DNA of 62,772 nucleotides, filler included, from Circinaria calcarea (Eukaryota): the NCBI GenBank assembly GCA_051942165.1. It is 38 parts of 38 records of this genome, joined end to end, with 100 filler letters (N's around TTAATTAATTAA, not from the genome) between each part and the next. Parts side by side here need not be neighbours in the genome. Positions count along the whole stretch, not along the records: positions 48,083 to 49,629 come from JAVECS010004553.1; positions 49,730 to 51,275 come from JAVECS010004554.1; positions 51,376 to 52,921 come from JAVECS010004555.1; positions 53,022 to 54,567 come from JAVECS010004556.1; positions 54,668 to 56,211 come from JAVECS010004557.1; positions 56,312 to 57,854 come from JAVECS010004558.1; positions 57,955 to 59,494 come from JAVECS010004559.1; positions 59,595 to 61,133 come from JAVECS010004560.1; 30 more parts are not named here. One strand, given 5' to 3'. The notes under the pieces were generated by a model. It worked only from the letters and a program-made list of their open reading frames with translations. It ran no database searches and had not been told where the DNA came from. This document shows, piece after piece, positions 48,083-60,836 of the stretch. Positions within the stretch are counted from its first letter, which is position 1. Each line of letters opens with the position of its first letter. The position numbers and the translations under genes are program-made.

Positions 48083-49036
48083 TCACAGTGTTGTCCGGGT
48101 AGTCAGTCCATCAAGAGAGAAAGAGCCTGAACCTAAACCTAAAGGTATACTCCGGCCACCCCGTGAAAAGTTCCCCGAAGATCCAGCTCCAATACGTGAA
48201 GGTGTTGCACCGCTCAAGGAAGCCGGTAAAAAGGGAGTACCACCAAATGCACGATGGACTAAGATTGATCGGAAGTTAGTCAACCCTGAAGCTTTGGATC
48301 TAGGGAATGAGAGATACGAGGAAAGGGTTGACTACGTGATTGTATTGAGGGTGTTGACGAAAGAAGAGATTGAAAAATATGCCAAGAAAACTCAAGATAT
48401 TAGGGAAGCAAGAGGTTTGATCGCCTTTTTTCCGAGGAAGAAAATGAAACCGACTGACAAATTCTAGACAAGAAATTTCTCGAAGACCATCGGCGTCTGA
48501 AAGCCATTGAAGACGCCGAAAGAAAATACGAGCGTGAACCAATGTTCATTGACAATCGACCATACGAAGAGCCCAAATCCCATGCTCCATCAATTCAACC
48601 TTTGTACGACTCGCAAAGGCCAAACCAAGTATCCATGGGCCCGTCATATGATAGACCGAACCCCCAAACTCAGCTGCCACTTCAACCATCATACGACCAG
48701 CAAAGACCTAACCCTGTATCCATGGGTCCATCATACGATCGACCAAATCCCCAACATCAGACGCCTACGCAGTCACCATTTGATCCACAGAGATCAAACC
48801 ATTACGTACCACCACCTCCACCTGCTCAGTCCCCTCAATCGGCCATGCAACCAATGTACAATCCCCGAACGGACAGACCGGATCTACCACCACCTCCTCC
48901 TCCTAAACCCTTGCCGTATCTTTCTCCCGACAATAATTTGGTAGAAGACCCACAGCGGCCGGGCATGTATATGGGATATCAGCGAAATCCGCCTCCACCG
49001 GGACAGGGAGGCCAGTCGAGTCGGGAGGAGTATTAG
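48083..49036 (+). CDS. DUF8035-like protein, haplotype 2 with complete Pro/Gln-rich C-terminus; intron 48415-48467
   Basis: 48083-48592 aligns without gaps to 39223-39732; frame continues to stop at 49034-49036. Confidence 0.82.
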
Positions 49037-49477
49037 ATTTCTTGCTTTTTTTCTAATGCGTCGAAAGTTTGTTTTTGCTTTTGTGTGAGATTTTTACTCT
49101 GGAGGGAGGGAAAGAATGGTCCTGTCAGATGGAGAGGGGTACAGTCAACCGCATTACTTACTTTTGAAGAATACATTATTGGATATCTAAACAAAGTATC
49201 ACTTATCTAAGTTTTTTTTTCATGTTGGGGGTACCCGAGAGTCCGTATAGTTAGTGTAGCTGTTCAGGTTCAGGTTCAGGTTCGTTGGGACTTGGGAGGT
49301 AGTAGAATGGAACAGAATACAATAGAATAATGAGTTACATGTTTGACAATTAGTATGTATAGTCTGGAGGATGGATGGATGGATGGATGGATGGGAAAGG
49401 AGAGGGAAAGGAGAGGGATGAGGGAGATATATAAATCTGTTTGCCCTTTTTCTCCGGTTCCCGCGGGTGCGGGGGAA

Positions 49478-49529
<52 letters not shown>
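49478..49529. repeat. (GCCT)n microsatellite; (GGAT)n nearby at 49367-49393
   Basis: Read directly. Confidence 0.95.
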
Positions 49530-51000
49530 AATTATGATATGTGTACGTGTATCCTAACCCCAGACGCAGAACGCGGAACGCGGAACGCATCAGATACCGT
49601 AGGTGGGGGTGCGTCGTAATGTATGGGGGNNNNNNNNNNNNNNNNNNNNNNNNNNNNNNNNNNNNNNNNNNNNTTAATTAATTAANNNNNNNNNNNNNNN
49701 NNNNNNNNNNNNNNNNNNNNNNNNNNNNNTTTCCAGTGTCTGGTACCATCGGGAGCGGCTGCTTTCGAAGCAACGACTCCGACCTATCCCGGCTATCCGA
49801 AGCCATGGCCTTGCACCCTGAACCGCCAGCAAAACCACTAGAACCAGTGTGCACCGGATACAAATACGTACGGGCGCCTCAGCACCAAGAGTACGCCTTA
49901 TTGTTTGAACAATCCGCGGGTGACAGCACCGCAAGAGTAACCCGTATCCTATGCCGGTCCCTTACCCAGCGTGAAGTCACCCACATACAGTGCCTGACAC
50001 ATCTTACGAAGGTTTCCTGGTAGGGTTGGCACATGTAAGTATAACAAAGGACGGGGGGGAAAGGTTGAAGGGTGGAATGAAGTGGTACCCGTGAATAACA
50101 GAATGAATCTCGATTGGTACTATACTCGGTGTATATATACCCTACAGACATATGCACCGTATCGACGCCTTCTGATGCATACCCCTTCGGATAAATGTAC
50201 GGCTTTTTTCCACGAACAGACCGCGTTGGTTTATCCAAGTGACAGTCATGACTAAGAGAAACAGCTGTAGATGTTTCTGGACGGGTCTCGGTATCTTGTA
50301 ATTGTCATCTGCGGAGGAAACTTGCGGCGGTGAAAGTACTTCATGCTCGTAATTCTTTGAAATTACCTAAGTACTACTACACTGAGTTCTAGATCACACC
50401 AAGTACATATTCATCAGTCGACCTTTGCGAAGACTAGAAGAGCTAATGCACCCCATCAATGCGGCGATGCAACGTACCTGATCTGTCGCCATGGAAAACA
50501 CGAGAGAGCCGCGCCGCAACGCTTCGCTTATTAGCTCGTGTCCAAATCTTTTCAGCCAAATCGATCAAAACTATACTCCTGACACTAGTCTTGGCAATGT
50601 GTGGCTTGCAGAGCTTGTGCACGTGGTCTCGTGTCGTTGGATTTGTGGCGTCGAATCCTAATTGGTGCTACACGCGGATCCACGGAAGAGAAAACGCTAG
50701 CATCACTTTACTAACCTCGTGTTTACTTAGTCTTTCCTCCCTCTCGTTACGGAGCTCTTGTGAGAGGCTGATCGATCCTCTACCCGAGTGTTCTTTTCCT
50801 TGGTCCCGTATTGTCGGTTCAGCCGGCGAGATGGAGGGTATTCACACCGTATCTTCAACTGCTTGGCGTGTTCTTGACCTGTCTCGTGTTTGGAGCATTA
50901 AATAAGACTCTTCGATTCTCCTATTCTTGATGAACTCTCTATTACTTGCAACTCTATCCAATCCTATCCCCGTCTATTGCTATCTAAACCACACACCATC

Positions 51001-51248
51001 ATGCATATCTCACAGAGCTTCCAGGCTCTTCTCTTTCTTCTCCCTATTGTCACCGTGAATGCTCGAGCTGGTGTAGGTTCGCTTGAAGAGAAGAGAGCTG
51101 CATGCAATGAGGACAACGTCCTTCGGGCCTTGAAACGCACCGCCAGCAGCGATGCCGCTCAAGCGACCAGCTTGTGTTATTCCCTGATTCTATACGGAGT
51201 CCCTACCGTGACTGTTGTACCTCCTCCCGGAGTAACGCCGGCGCCTGC
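51001..51248 (+). CDS. Secreted protein, first exon
   Basis: Signal peptide MHISQSFQALLFLLPIVTVNA, Kex2-like EKR site, CNEDNVLRAL...A..LC motif, then a GTAAG donor near the contig end. Confidence 0.7.
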
Positions 51249-52039
51249 GTAAGAATTTACCCCACTGCCTTCCCCNNNNNNNNNNNNNNNNNNNNNNNNN
51301 NNNNNNNNNNNNNNNNNNNTTAATTAATTAANNNNNNNNNNNNNNNNNNNNNNNNNNNNNNNNNNNNNNNNNNNNGTGTAGAGATTAGAAATTATAAATT
51401 AGAAATATATAAAAATAAATATTAATAAATTAAAAATCGTTTATATATATTATTTAAATTTTTTAGATTATTGCCTAATTAGGAGGGGTGTATAACTATA
51501 GTAATTAGGGTGTACACCTATGTAATAGGGGTGTATATATAATGGGACCCCTTAATATGGCTTCTTCGTATTAGCTGGATTCTTATGGCGTCAGGGCCAT
51601 ATTAAGGAAAAGGCTAGTTCCGGAACGGAGGAACTCCTCTGGACCGGTTTGCTTAGTATGCTCATGGAGATGGATGAGTAAGGTTAAGTATCATACGGAG
51701 GTTATTTAACATGCAGCTTACACTTGCACCACGGGTTCAGATTTGAGCCCAATGGGGTTAGGGTTTGGGTGTAAGCATCCTTTTACGAATAGTATGATTG
51801 GTCTTTACGATTAAGGGGTCGGTAAAATTATGTGATTATGTGCTGCTCAATCGGTTCGTTATAGTTATATAAATTATTGCTAAAAGAATTCGGGTGTATG
51901 GTAACGCTTCGCGAGGAAAACCCTTCCTCGTTAACACAAAGCCAATATGGTACCTCGTGACCTCGGTATGGTATATAGTTCACCCGTATGGTAGGGTTCC
52001 TAGGGGTTCGCGCAGCTCTATAGGTTATGTATTTAGTAC

Positions 52040-52171
52040 TTATGCAGGCTATCCCCGTTTTTTTAGAATAGCATGCTTATTAATAATAGACCAATATTAC
52101 GCTCTAATAATCGTGCGCCATGGAGTGACTCTATCCCTTATACAAGTCTAGCTATTCCTAGCACCCTTACA
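52040..52171 (+). mobile_element. 3' end of a diverged LTR related to the 14295-14663 family
   Basis: GCAGGCTATCCCCGTTTTTTTAGAATAGCATGCTTAT core and terminal GCACCCTTACA; 5' boundary not resolved. Confidence 0.65.
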
Positions 52172-52451
52172 ACCATATGCTTAAGTGGTTCTGATGCCAA
52201 GCTCTCTGAGCATTCTGAGCATCGGCGGTGTAGTTCCGCCGCCTAGCACAAATGTCACATTTCCTATTTGATTATGCTAATGCAAAGCTGATGCGGTCAG
52301 GAATCCGCTTCAACATGTGGGGCCGCATGGGAATGGAATATTACTTTAAAGTACTTTTCGTTCCACTGGATGTTTGCTATTCTCATTTTCTCGTCGTTGG
52401 GGTCGCCTCAAGTCTTCTCCTTTCCTCACCTTTTTGCTTGTTTAAGTGATT

Positions 52452-52921
52452 ATGTCGAGCACACCGCAAACTATTGCACTTGCTGGGGTTGGCAGTCTCG
52501 GCAAGTATATTTATGAAGAGCTGACAGCGGATAACCGCTTTAACGTCGTCGTCATCTCGAGAAAAGTAAGGAAACCAATCTCCTTACCACCAAGTTTGAG
52601 AATAGCGCTAACCCATCGTTTGCCATAGAGAGCTCCGTGGCTTGAGGATCGGAAAGCTGACATCCACTTGAGCGATTACAGCGAAGATTCCTTACTGTCA
52701 ATTCTCAATCTCACAAATGCCAATACCCTCATCTCCCTGATCAGCTGCCCTACGGATCGTTACGTCGATATCCACTGCGAGCTTCTCCATGCCTGTTTGA
52801 AATCCAAAGGATGCAAACGTTTCATCCCTTCCGAGTGGGCCGGGAACATTGTTGATTATCCATTGCTGCCCGCAGAGTATGCCAGTAGCCGGGAGCCTTT
52901 CCGCAAGATTCTCAAGGAATC
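52452..52921 (+). CDS. NmrA-like/isoflavone-reductase-family NAD(P)-dependent oxidoreductase; intron 52566-52628; 3'-truncated
   Basis: IALAGVGSLGKYI Rossmann motif, VVISR, DYS..SL, LLHAC..S..CKRFIPSEWAG. Confidence 0.88.
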
Positions 52922-54350
52922 NNNNNNNNNNNNNNNNNNNNNNNNNNNNNNNNNNNNNNNNNNNNTTAATTAATTAANNNNNNNNNNNNNNNNNNNNNNN
53001 NNNNNNNNNNNNNNNNNNNNNTCTCCGCTCTCCCCTCGAGGAGCCCATCCTCCTCCCACATTCCTACCGCGCCCCAGCTTCCAGGCATTGACAAGCGCCT
53101 ATACCCATCAAGGCGACATGGGGCATCAACCCATCAAGTGCCCAAATGCCCTCCGCTTCCTCCGCCTTCTCTTCTCCCGGCCGCACAGTAACCCCAGCGC
53201 ATAGAGCAACCGGGCCAGGCACCAGCTGGCCCCTGAGCCCCACCGCTCCACAGGGGAAAAGGTAAAGGCAAAAACGCAAGCCGGGCGAGGACGATCAGCA
53301 GCCACGACCGAGGAAAACTGAGCGTTGTTTGTCTCGGTGGAAACTGCGCCGTTTGCGCCTTTTTTTGCGCGCACAGTTTGAAGCCAGCCGGTAATTTGCC
53401 AGGCCACGGAAGGCGCCGGCTGGCTTCGGGCAGCGCGTGGCGGTGGCGTAAGCGTTTGGCGTTTGGCAGGGGAGAGAGAGAGGGAACTTGGGGAGCTACG
53501 CGCGACGGGCTGTGTTTCGTTTCGTTTCGTTCGCCCGGTGTTGAAGCTGGCGGCGAGCGGGACGTAAGGGGGGGAGAGTGCAAGAAAAAAGTAATTGGGG
53601 AGAAAAGAAGATACGTGTATTCCTCGAGGAGAGGTGTAGGTGTTTTGAGTGCGAAGGGATATTTTTTGGGGATTGGGTTTGGAAAAAAGGGGTATGAATA
53701 GAGTCTAGAGTCAAAGTTGTGACGACCCACGGGAAGAATGAAGAATGAACTACATAAGAGGTTCAGACGCGGAAAATTCCCTCTCCCCCACCCCCGGGAT
53801 ATCCCCTATCCCTATCCCTATCCGGAGCTACTGGCTGGCTTGGCTGGCTGGCTGCTTTTCAGATACGTGACACGTAAACGCAAACGTTAGACGTAAACGG
53901 GGGATTGGAGTAAGTAGTCGAAGCCCGTTTGTTGTTTCGTTCGGATCCTCATACCTTCGTAAATTCAGACACAGACACGGACGAAAAAAGCGGGACTGGC
54001 TGTTACAGATTACAAAACGTGGAAAGGATTGTTCAAAAACCAAAAAACCAAAAAACCAAAGCCAAAATCGGGCGGTACAAGTTTTCTCGTTTGCGAGTGC
54101 GGAGTCATAACATAGGTTTAATTAATGGTTCTACGGGGTATACATTTTGGGGCATTTGTGCCAAGGGTTAGGTTGGTGGGCTAGGCTTTTTTCATTACCC
54201 AAACAAAGTAAAACTCCACGAGTCTTTTGTTCGTCAAGCATACACAGAGCTGAGCTATCTAGGCCGCCTATCCTAAACTTGGCTATCGTAGAAGCCCCCA
54301 TACTATCATCCGACAAGGAAAAGAGTAGATGTGTGAACCCCCAAGACAAC

Positions 54351-54567
54351 CTATGCTAGAGTCTTGACCTCTGCTTCAATGATTCCTTCAGACGCACCAC
54401 CGTCTGCGGCGGTATAGACACCGACGACAGTAAGCCCTACCTCTTCCAACATCTGGCGCCATTGGGCTTCTGTCCGTTCCATTGTTGCACAGAGGACCAT
54501 CATGTTGAAATCTTGCGTCGTCACCCAGGTGCTGGCGTCGCGATCAGGTACGATCAATTCATGGACG
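54351..54567 (-). CDS. SAM-dependent O-methyltransferase, C-terminal fragment
   Basis: HELIVPD...DFNMM.LCATMERTEAQWRQMLEEVGL.VV.V...SEGIIEAE. Confidence 0.88.
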
Positions 54568-54667
54568 NNNNNNNNNNNNNNNNNNNNNNNNNNNNNNNNN
54601 NNNNNNNNNNNTTAATTAATTAANNNNNNNNNNNNNNNNNNNNNNNNNNNNNNNNNNNNNNNNNNNN

Positions 54668-54938
54668 TAATCCGGAAACAGGTCGCTTTAATGCCCGTCG
54701 TTACCGGGCCCATCCATGGTACGTTAAACCCACGGTTTCGAAAAGATGGGGCCCCAAGGCTTGGTGGATCTGGATGAACGGCGGCGTCTTGCCTGGAGAC
54801 TGCATGGACAAATATCACCCCGAAGGGTATACTACTACAGAGGTCGGACCTGAGTCCAAGAGGGGTAAAGGAAAGCAGCAAATGGACGAGACGCAGTCGA
54901 GGTTATCACAGAAAAATCGAGGAGGGTGCCCTTTTTGA
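54668..54938 (+). CDS. ER-bound oxygenase MpaB-like (DUF2236) protein, C-terminal fragment (missed by the ORF track)
   Basis: HPWYVKPT..KRWGPKAW..W..GG.LPGD..KYHPEGY...EVGP...GKG...RGGCPF*. Confidence 0.75.
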
Positions 54939-56130
54939 TACAATTCCTAGTCCGGAGCAGTGGAGACTTGCTATAGCTAAATCACTCAAGCGTCTGATAA
55001 ATTCCCGGTATGAATTCCGTCGAGTCCGGTTTTTACCGTAGGTACGTGATTGAGGAGAGAGTGTAGCAAGAGAGTCTCTTGGGTCCAACACCGTCTGAAA
55101 ACCAGCATCTCAGGGCAATGCCAGCTTCCCCTGTGTTTAGAAATGACACCTTTCGAATTCCCCCGAGGCATTTTTGTGCTCGGAGCTTTCCCATTGCGGG
55201 TTGTCACTTATGGTTTTTGAGAAAAGCCGGTGACGGGTGGCAGTATAGCCGCGAAGTCCCACACATTATTACCTTGGAGGCAACACATGTACATGATCCT
55301 CTTCCATGTGGGCCTTTTCCTATCGTCAAATGCTTGGGCCCGCAACGAGCGCTTTCTCAGAGACCTGCACATCTGGCACGAGGCCACTACGAAAGGCTCT
55401 GACCGCTGGCAATAGGCTCTTGCCTCGTAAAGACATGTCAACATATAATGGATGTTCTCGATGTCAGATAGGCTCCGGGGGTTACTGAAGCAAAGAGCTT
55501 ACTGAATAACTGGCTGTAAGGAAGGAAGGACAGCGATAGCCTGCTCTAGGAGAATTCGGAGGATATAGCAGCGATATCTTTCCGATTCGTAGCTGATGTA
55601 ACATCAATTTACCACGAGAACATGTCTTGTCAGAGAGATTGTACTCCATGCGATTTCTTACAAAAAAACCATTAGTGGCTTCGGACTATTGTCGGAACTT
55701 TTAAGGTTTCTCGGCCCGACGGCAGCATGCATGGCGATTATGTCGGCCCATCCAATCATATACCTTTGATCTGCCACGGGTCTTATCGAGGAAAGAAACG
55801 CGACGAGGCTCAAGTCAGCCCAGCCCAGCCAGATACGTATCACGAGCACACATCTGCAATCGACTTGGACCGGATAATCAATCAAGTAGGAGAGGCAGTC
55901 TTGGACGGAATTGCCCCACCTCATCTCGGAACAGGTGTCAGCCGGATGATACAGTCACGTTGTCGCAACTAGGCAGTCCAGGCGATGGGGTATTTGGATA
56001 TACTGGTGATCCTGTCGAGCTCGATGTTCTTGACAGTAAAGGGAGGAGAGGACCATCCGTTGACCGTCGCGAGGCAAGAAGGTCTCGAAAGCGGGAGCGG
56101 AAGCTTCAAGACATTCTCCAAAGGGAAGCA

Positions 56131-56211
56131 ATGAAGTTCTCACACAGCGTCCAGTTCAATGCCGTCCCGGATTGGAGCAGTTACTATATCAGTTACAGTA
56201 ATCTGAAGAAG
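56131..56211 (+). CDS. SPX-domain low-affinity phosphate transporter (Pho87/Pho91-like), N-terminal fragment
   Basis: MKFSHSVQFNAVPDWSSYYISYSNLKK SPX start; the open frame extends upstream to about 55960. Confidence 0.9.
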
Positions 56212-57299
56212 NNNNNNNNNNNNNNNNNNNNNNNNNNNNNNNNNNNNNNNNNNNNTTAATTAATTAANNNNNNNNNNNNNNNNNNNNNNNNNNNNNNNNN
56301 NNNNNNNNNNNCCCCCCCCCCCCCCCCCCCCGCGTCTCCCATACCATATCTAACCGAATCGGATTGGAAATCTTTTAAACACCGGATTGCGATTTGCGAA
56401 ATTTGTCCCGTGAACAAGAAAAAGAAAAAAAAACGAGCGTGTTAAATATCCAGGGTCAACAAGGTGTCATGTGGAGGAAGGGAGATACTTCGTGTGGAAT
56501 GCGTGTATGCAGCGTGTGCAGTGTGTTGCTATATATGCCGTAAATAGTGTGTGTGGTGTGTGAAATATGTGGTTCGCATAATGCGAACCAAGGAGAAAAC
56601 CCTGCAACACACACTAGTGGCAGTGTGCACGCCACGCCTTATAGTATGCTGACTCCCAATATTTAACGAGTAATTTCTTTTCTTTTTTTTTTTTTTGGGA
56701 TGTAGAAAAAAAAAGACAATGAAGGAAAAGGGGGAAAGGTGGTCACGGGGGAATTTTTTTTAAAACAAGCAAGCAGCGACTCCCCCCCATCTTCCCCAGT
56801 ATCCTTACCAAAAATCAAACACCCACTCTCCATATCCATAATCCCATAATCCCATAATCCCAGAACCCGGAAACAAATCTGGATAAAATTCCATCATTTA
56901 TAAGTAAAACAGAGCTTAAGTTTTTTTTCCCCTGGGATGGGAGGTTTAACCTTTTTTTTCGTAATGCAAGGTGCTTGTGGGTTTTTAACTTCTGGGTATT
57001 TGTATCTAAATCTTAGAGTACTGTAAGAACTTTGCTAGTTTGGTTGGGGGTGGGAGGGCGGATGCCCGGGGTTCTTGATAAAAGGAGAAAAGAAGAAAAA
57101 ATAGAAAAGGGACTTTGGGGTTGGAGGAGAATCCCACAACGCCCGTAACTTGGCTAGGAACTTTCATGTGCCATCATCACTCTGGGGGTTCTTAGAGTGG
57201 GCTTGAAGTAGAAATACGACCGACAGGGGGATCCCATTCCGGGGGCTATCGCCTGAAACTCGTTCTTATTATATAAAATCGGTCTAGAAGTAACCCTCT

Positions 57300-57854
57300 T
57301 CAATCCTTCTTCTTCTCTCCCTTCTCCTTTTCGTTTACCTTTTCCTTCTCAGCCCTCGTCTTTGCAATCGCGGCCTTAACTCGCGGAATGTGGGTTTCCT
57401 CGTCCCAGATATAAGTCACGCTCTCATCCTTACATAGTGCTTCCATCCACTTCTTGTAGTTGGGAAGTCCCTGCAGGCGCGTGTCGATTGCCGGGTTGAG
57501 GAGCCCGGCTTTGCTGTAGGCGTGGAGGCGGAGGACGAAGGGGGCTGTGAGGGCCTATTTTAGTATTGTGTCAGTATATTTCACTTCTCCCACTTCCCTT
57601 ATAATGAAATGCATACCTCCGCAAGCGTCATCCTCTCCCTTCCTTCCAAAAACACGCCCTCCCCCTCGCTCTTACTCCCCAACAATGGCTCAATCTCCCT
57701 CTCCAGATTCCCCACCATGACCTCTTCAATCTCCGCCCTTTCCTTTTCCCCTTCCGCTCGCAACGCATCAAATATCTTCGGGCTCACCTTGGTGAAAAAG
57801 GCATCGACGAAGAAGGCAATCTTGGCCCGGATGAGGGGCGCGGTGGGGGAGGCG
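57300..57854 (-). CDS. Glutathione S-transferase, C-terminal domain; intron 57555-57616
   Basis: RAKIAFFVDAFFTKV, EIEPLL, F..G.ERMTLAE-ALTAPFVLRL, LPNYKKW..A.....SVTYIWDEE. Confidence 0.85.
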
Positions 57855-57954
57855 NNNNNNNNNNNNNNNNNNNNNNNNNNNNNNNNNNNNNNNNNNNNTT
57901 AATTAATTAANNNNNNNNNNNNNNNNNNNNNNNNNNNNNNNNNNNNNNNNNNNN

Positions 57955-58494
57955 GACCCGGAAGTCGCCGCGCAAGTGTACAAGTTCGTCAGTATCAGTC
58001 TCTGTGCGCCGGTGATTGGACAATGTCTGGTCGAGATGATGGTCAACCCACCAAAGGACGGTGATCCTAGCTATCCCCTCTATCGGAAGGAGTACGACGA
58101 CATCTTCCAAGGCCTGCAAGAAAGAGCCACGGCGTTGTACAAAGCTTTTAAGCAGATGGAGGGTGTCGATCTGCCGGAACCGCAAGTAGGGATATCTCAT
58201 TCCACTCGTAACCGTAGCTCCGCTGACTTCACCCAGGGCTCCATGTATCTCTTCCCCACCATCACCATCCCCCCAAAGGCCATCGAGCAAGCCAAGAAGG
58301 CAGGCCGGCAACCCGACGAATTCTACTGTTTCCGTCTCCTCGACGCCACCGGGGTCTGTGTCGTGCCTGGGTCTGGATTCGGGCAGAAACCGGGGACGTT
58401 ACATTTCCGAACGACGTTTTTGGCGCCGGGAACGGAGTGGACGGGACGCATCACCAAGTTCCACAAGGGGTTTATGGACGAGTTTAGGGATTGA
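57955..58494 (+). CDS. ALT1: Alanine aminotransferase, C-terminal part; in-frame intron 58186-58236
   Basis: YKFVSISLCAPVIGQ, MVNPPK.GDPSY, PQ-GSMYLFP, PDEFYCFRLLDATGVCVVPGSGFGQKPGTLHFRTTFL. Confidence 0.94.
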   Translation, partial: DPEVAAQVYKFVSISLCAPVIGQCLVEMMVNPPKDGDPSYPLYRKEYDDIFQGLQERATALYKAFKQMEGVDLPEPQVGISHSTRNRSSADFTQGSMYLFPTITIPPKAIEQAKKAGRQPDEFYCFRLLDATGVCVVPGSGFGQKPGTLHFRTTFLAPGTEWTGRITKFHKGFMDEFRD

Positions 58495-59858
58495 AGGGAA
58501 CCGAGCATGGATGTTATATGGGGGGGAACCGTCACCCATCGGAACGCCCCTCGGGATGGTAGATATGCACATTAAACGACATACGCCACAGACACATTAC
58601 AGATCTTTTAGAAGGACAATCGGGGGTTTTTTTTCCCTTTGGCATGGGGGCCGCTTGAACCATCTCCTCTCAATCTCAAAACTTACAGCTGTACGCCTTA
58701 GATGAACAGAACATTCCCACTCCATAGTTTTTACTGCCCTAGATAGAATTGCATTTTTGGTTTAGAATCGGAAACACCATAAAACATCGAGATTTGCAAG
58801 GTTCCCCTCACCGTGCTCTTCTCCGTCGGTGGAGCGCTCTCCTCCCGTCCACGTTCATACGAGTATCATCATTCTATCTAGCTCCTCCCACCCCCCCTTC
58901 CCTCTCTCTCTGCTTTTTCTCAATCGTCGAAGCCCCCGTTCTCCTCCCGTCGTTCTACTTTTCGAAAGCGGAAAATTTTGTAACTGTGTTGGGGGCCAAG
59001 GCGACTAGTGACTGGGCGCCCATATGGAATGGGCAGGCAGGCACGGAGGACTCCTACACATACACACGCGGGTAACACATAACAGAGCAGCACAGCAGTC
59101 AGAAATGCAATACTGAAACCGGTCCCAATACTTTCTTTATATGTGCAGTATACTGTAGCAGTCAGTTCATGCTATATACCCTTTTAATTCTCCATTATTT
59201 TCAGGCCCTCGCGACCCATTCTCGACAGCGTCTTTGCCTATACCTTAGGAGCATAGCGGAGCACCCGCACCCTATTTGATCCACATAACGAAACGAAATC
59301 TTTTTCCGTGTTGGAATGGTGGAAAATTTCTAGAATGTTTGTTGGGGGATTCCCTTATATATTCTTGGACTTTTGCCCGAAAGGGGCCCTACGATGCCGG
59401 GAGCGAAGTTGGGTGCGTTTTGCATCGAGGTGTTGGTATTTCTGTTTTCGATAAGACTTGTCAGGGTGGGGGATTAGGGGATTAAGGGATTGGGNNNNNN
59501 NNNNNNNNNNNNNNNNNNNNNNNNNNNNNNNNNNNNNNTTAATTAATTAANNNNNNNNNNNNNNNNNNNNNNNNNNNNNNNNNNNNNNNNNNNNGCCTTT
59601 AGTTGGGGGGGGGGGGCGGAGACTTAATCCCGTTGAGCAATTGTGAAGGATACAGGGCTGTTTGCTGTGTCGTTCCAGGGTGGGCAAGAATGCTGTCGAA
59701 TACGGCGGATGAGCCACTTACTGCTATTGGAGAAGTCGGAGGTTATATGGCGTGAATTGACTGTTGAAATTACAGTGCATGAATAAGGTAGTGATCCCGT
59801 TGCTCTGTTGATGTACCTGCAACCCGGCCAGACTATATATACCCTGGTGCTACACGCA

Positions 59859-60836
59859 CTAACCAAACGACTCACCGCGTCTTTCTCGCCGTTTGGTTCT
59901 CAAAACCTTGATCGCATAAACCCACTCATTTAATATCATCCCCATCAGAAGAAGAGATAACATCAATGCCAGGCATCCAATCCACGCAATACCAATCATA
60001 CAGAACCACCGGCAAAGGCTCCAAAAGGACCTCCACTTTGCCGTCGTTAGCTGCTCGACCGACAGTTCCACTTGCATCATGTTAAGGACCACGGACAAGA
60101 TGCCAAATATGAAGAGGAAGGGACCGTAGAAGCGCGAAAAGTAGGCTGCGTACTGACTGTGCACATCCTGAAACTGGAATTTGTAAAGGAAGATCTTGGC
60201 GTAGAAATTTAGCCTCGTTAATCTCAACTCGCCAAAGGCATATCGGCCAGAAACGTCTGCATCCTCGATGCAATCGAATTGGGAGGTAAAGTCGGAGAAT
60301 TGCGTCCAATCAACTTGGATAGGGATCAGGCGCAGTCGGTCGTCCCGAGCAATATGGAAGTCGGATTCGTGTTTGATGAGATGATAATAAGTCCGGAGAT
60401 ATCCCAAAGCTGATCTTCTGATAATTTTTTGTTGGCAGCCTAAAGGCAACTTATCATCCAGTAAGTAGTGGGTCCAGAAATGGTGGGAGAAGAGGTATCT
60501 CGGGATCGGTTTTATGAAGATCCTATCGTGAATCCAGACCAGATGCAAACGTGGATCCTCGGTGACGACGATTTCACGGCCCCGAACTTTCTCATGATGC
60601 AAAGGGGAGATGTTCGCACTAGACTGGGTCGACATCATCCACAAACGGGGCGCCATCTTCTCCAAGTCTGGCGCACAAAACTCCCGCTCTAGGAAATCGG
60701 TAAGATGCGGCAGATCATTCAGCTGGATACGGGGGTGGCCAGGTAGGGATGAGAGGTTCGAAGACTTGGGCTCCTGGCCAGACGTGGTTTCAAAGTCGTG
60801 GTTAAGCTGCGATGCCCTCGAAAATGGACTACGCAT
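59859..60836 (-). CDS. DUF6601-family fungal membrane protein (complete, intronless)
   Basis: L..MAPRLW, PLHH..V.GREIVVTEDPRLHLVW..DRIFIKPIP.YL, ALGYLRTY..LIKHESDF.IA, RY.FGELRLTRLN, two C-terminal TM helices. Confidence 0.85.
   Translation of the reverse strand: MRSPFSRASQLNHDFETTSGQEPKSSNLSSLPGHPRIQLNDLPHLTDFLEREFCAPDLEKMAPRLWMMSTQSSANISPLHHEKVRGREIVVTEDPRLHLVWIHDRIFIKPIPRYLFSHHFWTHYLLDDKLPLGCQQKIIRRSALGYLRTYYHLIKHESDFHIARDDRLRLIPIQVDWTQFSDFTSQFDCIEDADVSGRYAFGELRLTRLNFYAKIFLYKFQFQDVHSQYAAYFSRFYGPFLFIFGILSVVLNMMQVELSVEQLTTAKWRSFWSLCRWFCMIGIAWIGCLALMLSLLLMGMILNEWVYAIKVLRTKRRERRGESFG

Noticed and set aside
53134..53730. 198-aa minus-strand ORF
   Set aside because: GC-rich promoter-like DNA, non-ATG start, no recognisable domain.
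52452..57854. Apparent secondary-metabolite cluster (NmrA-like reductase, O-methyltransferase, MpaB-like oxygenase, GST)
   Set aside because: Each gene is on a separate contig, ordered only by length; no physical linkage is shown.
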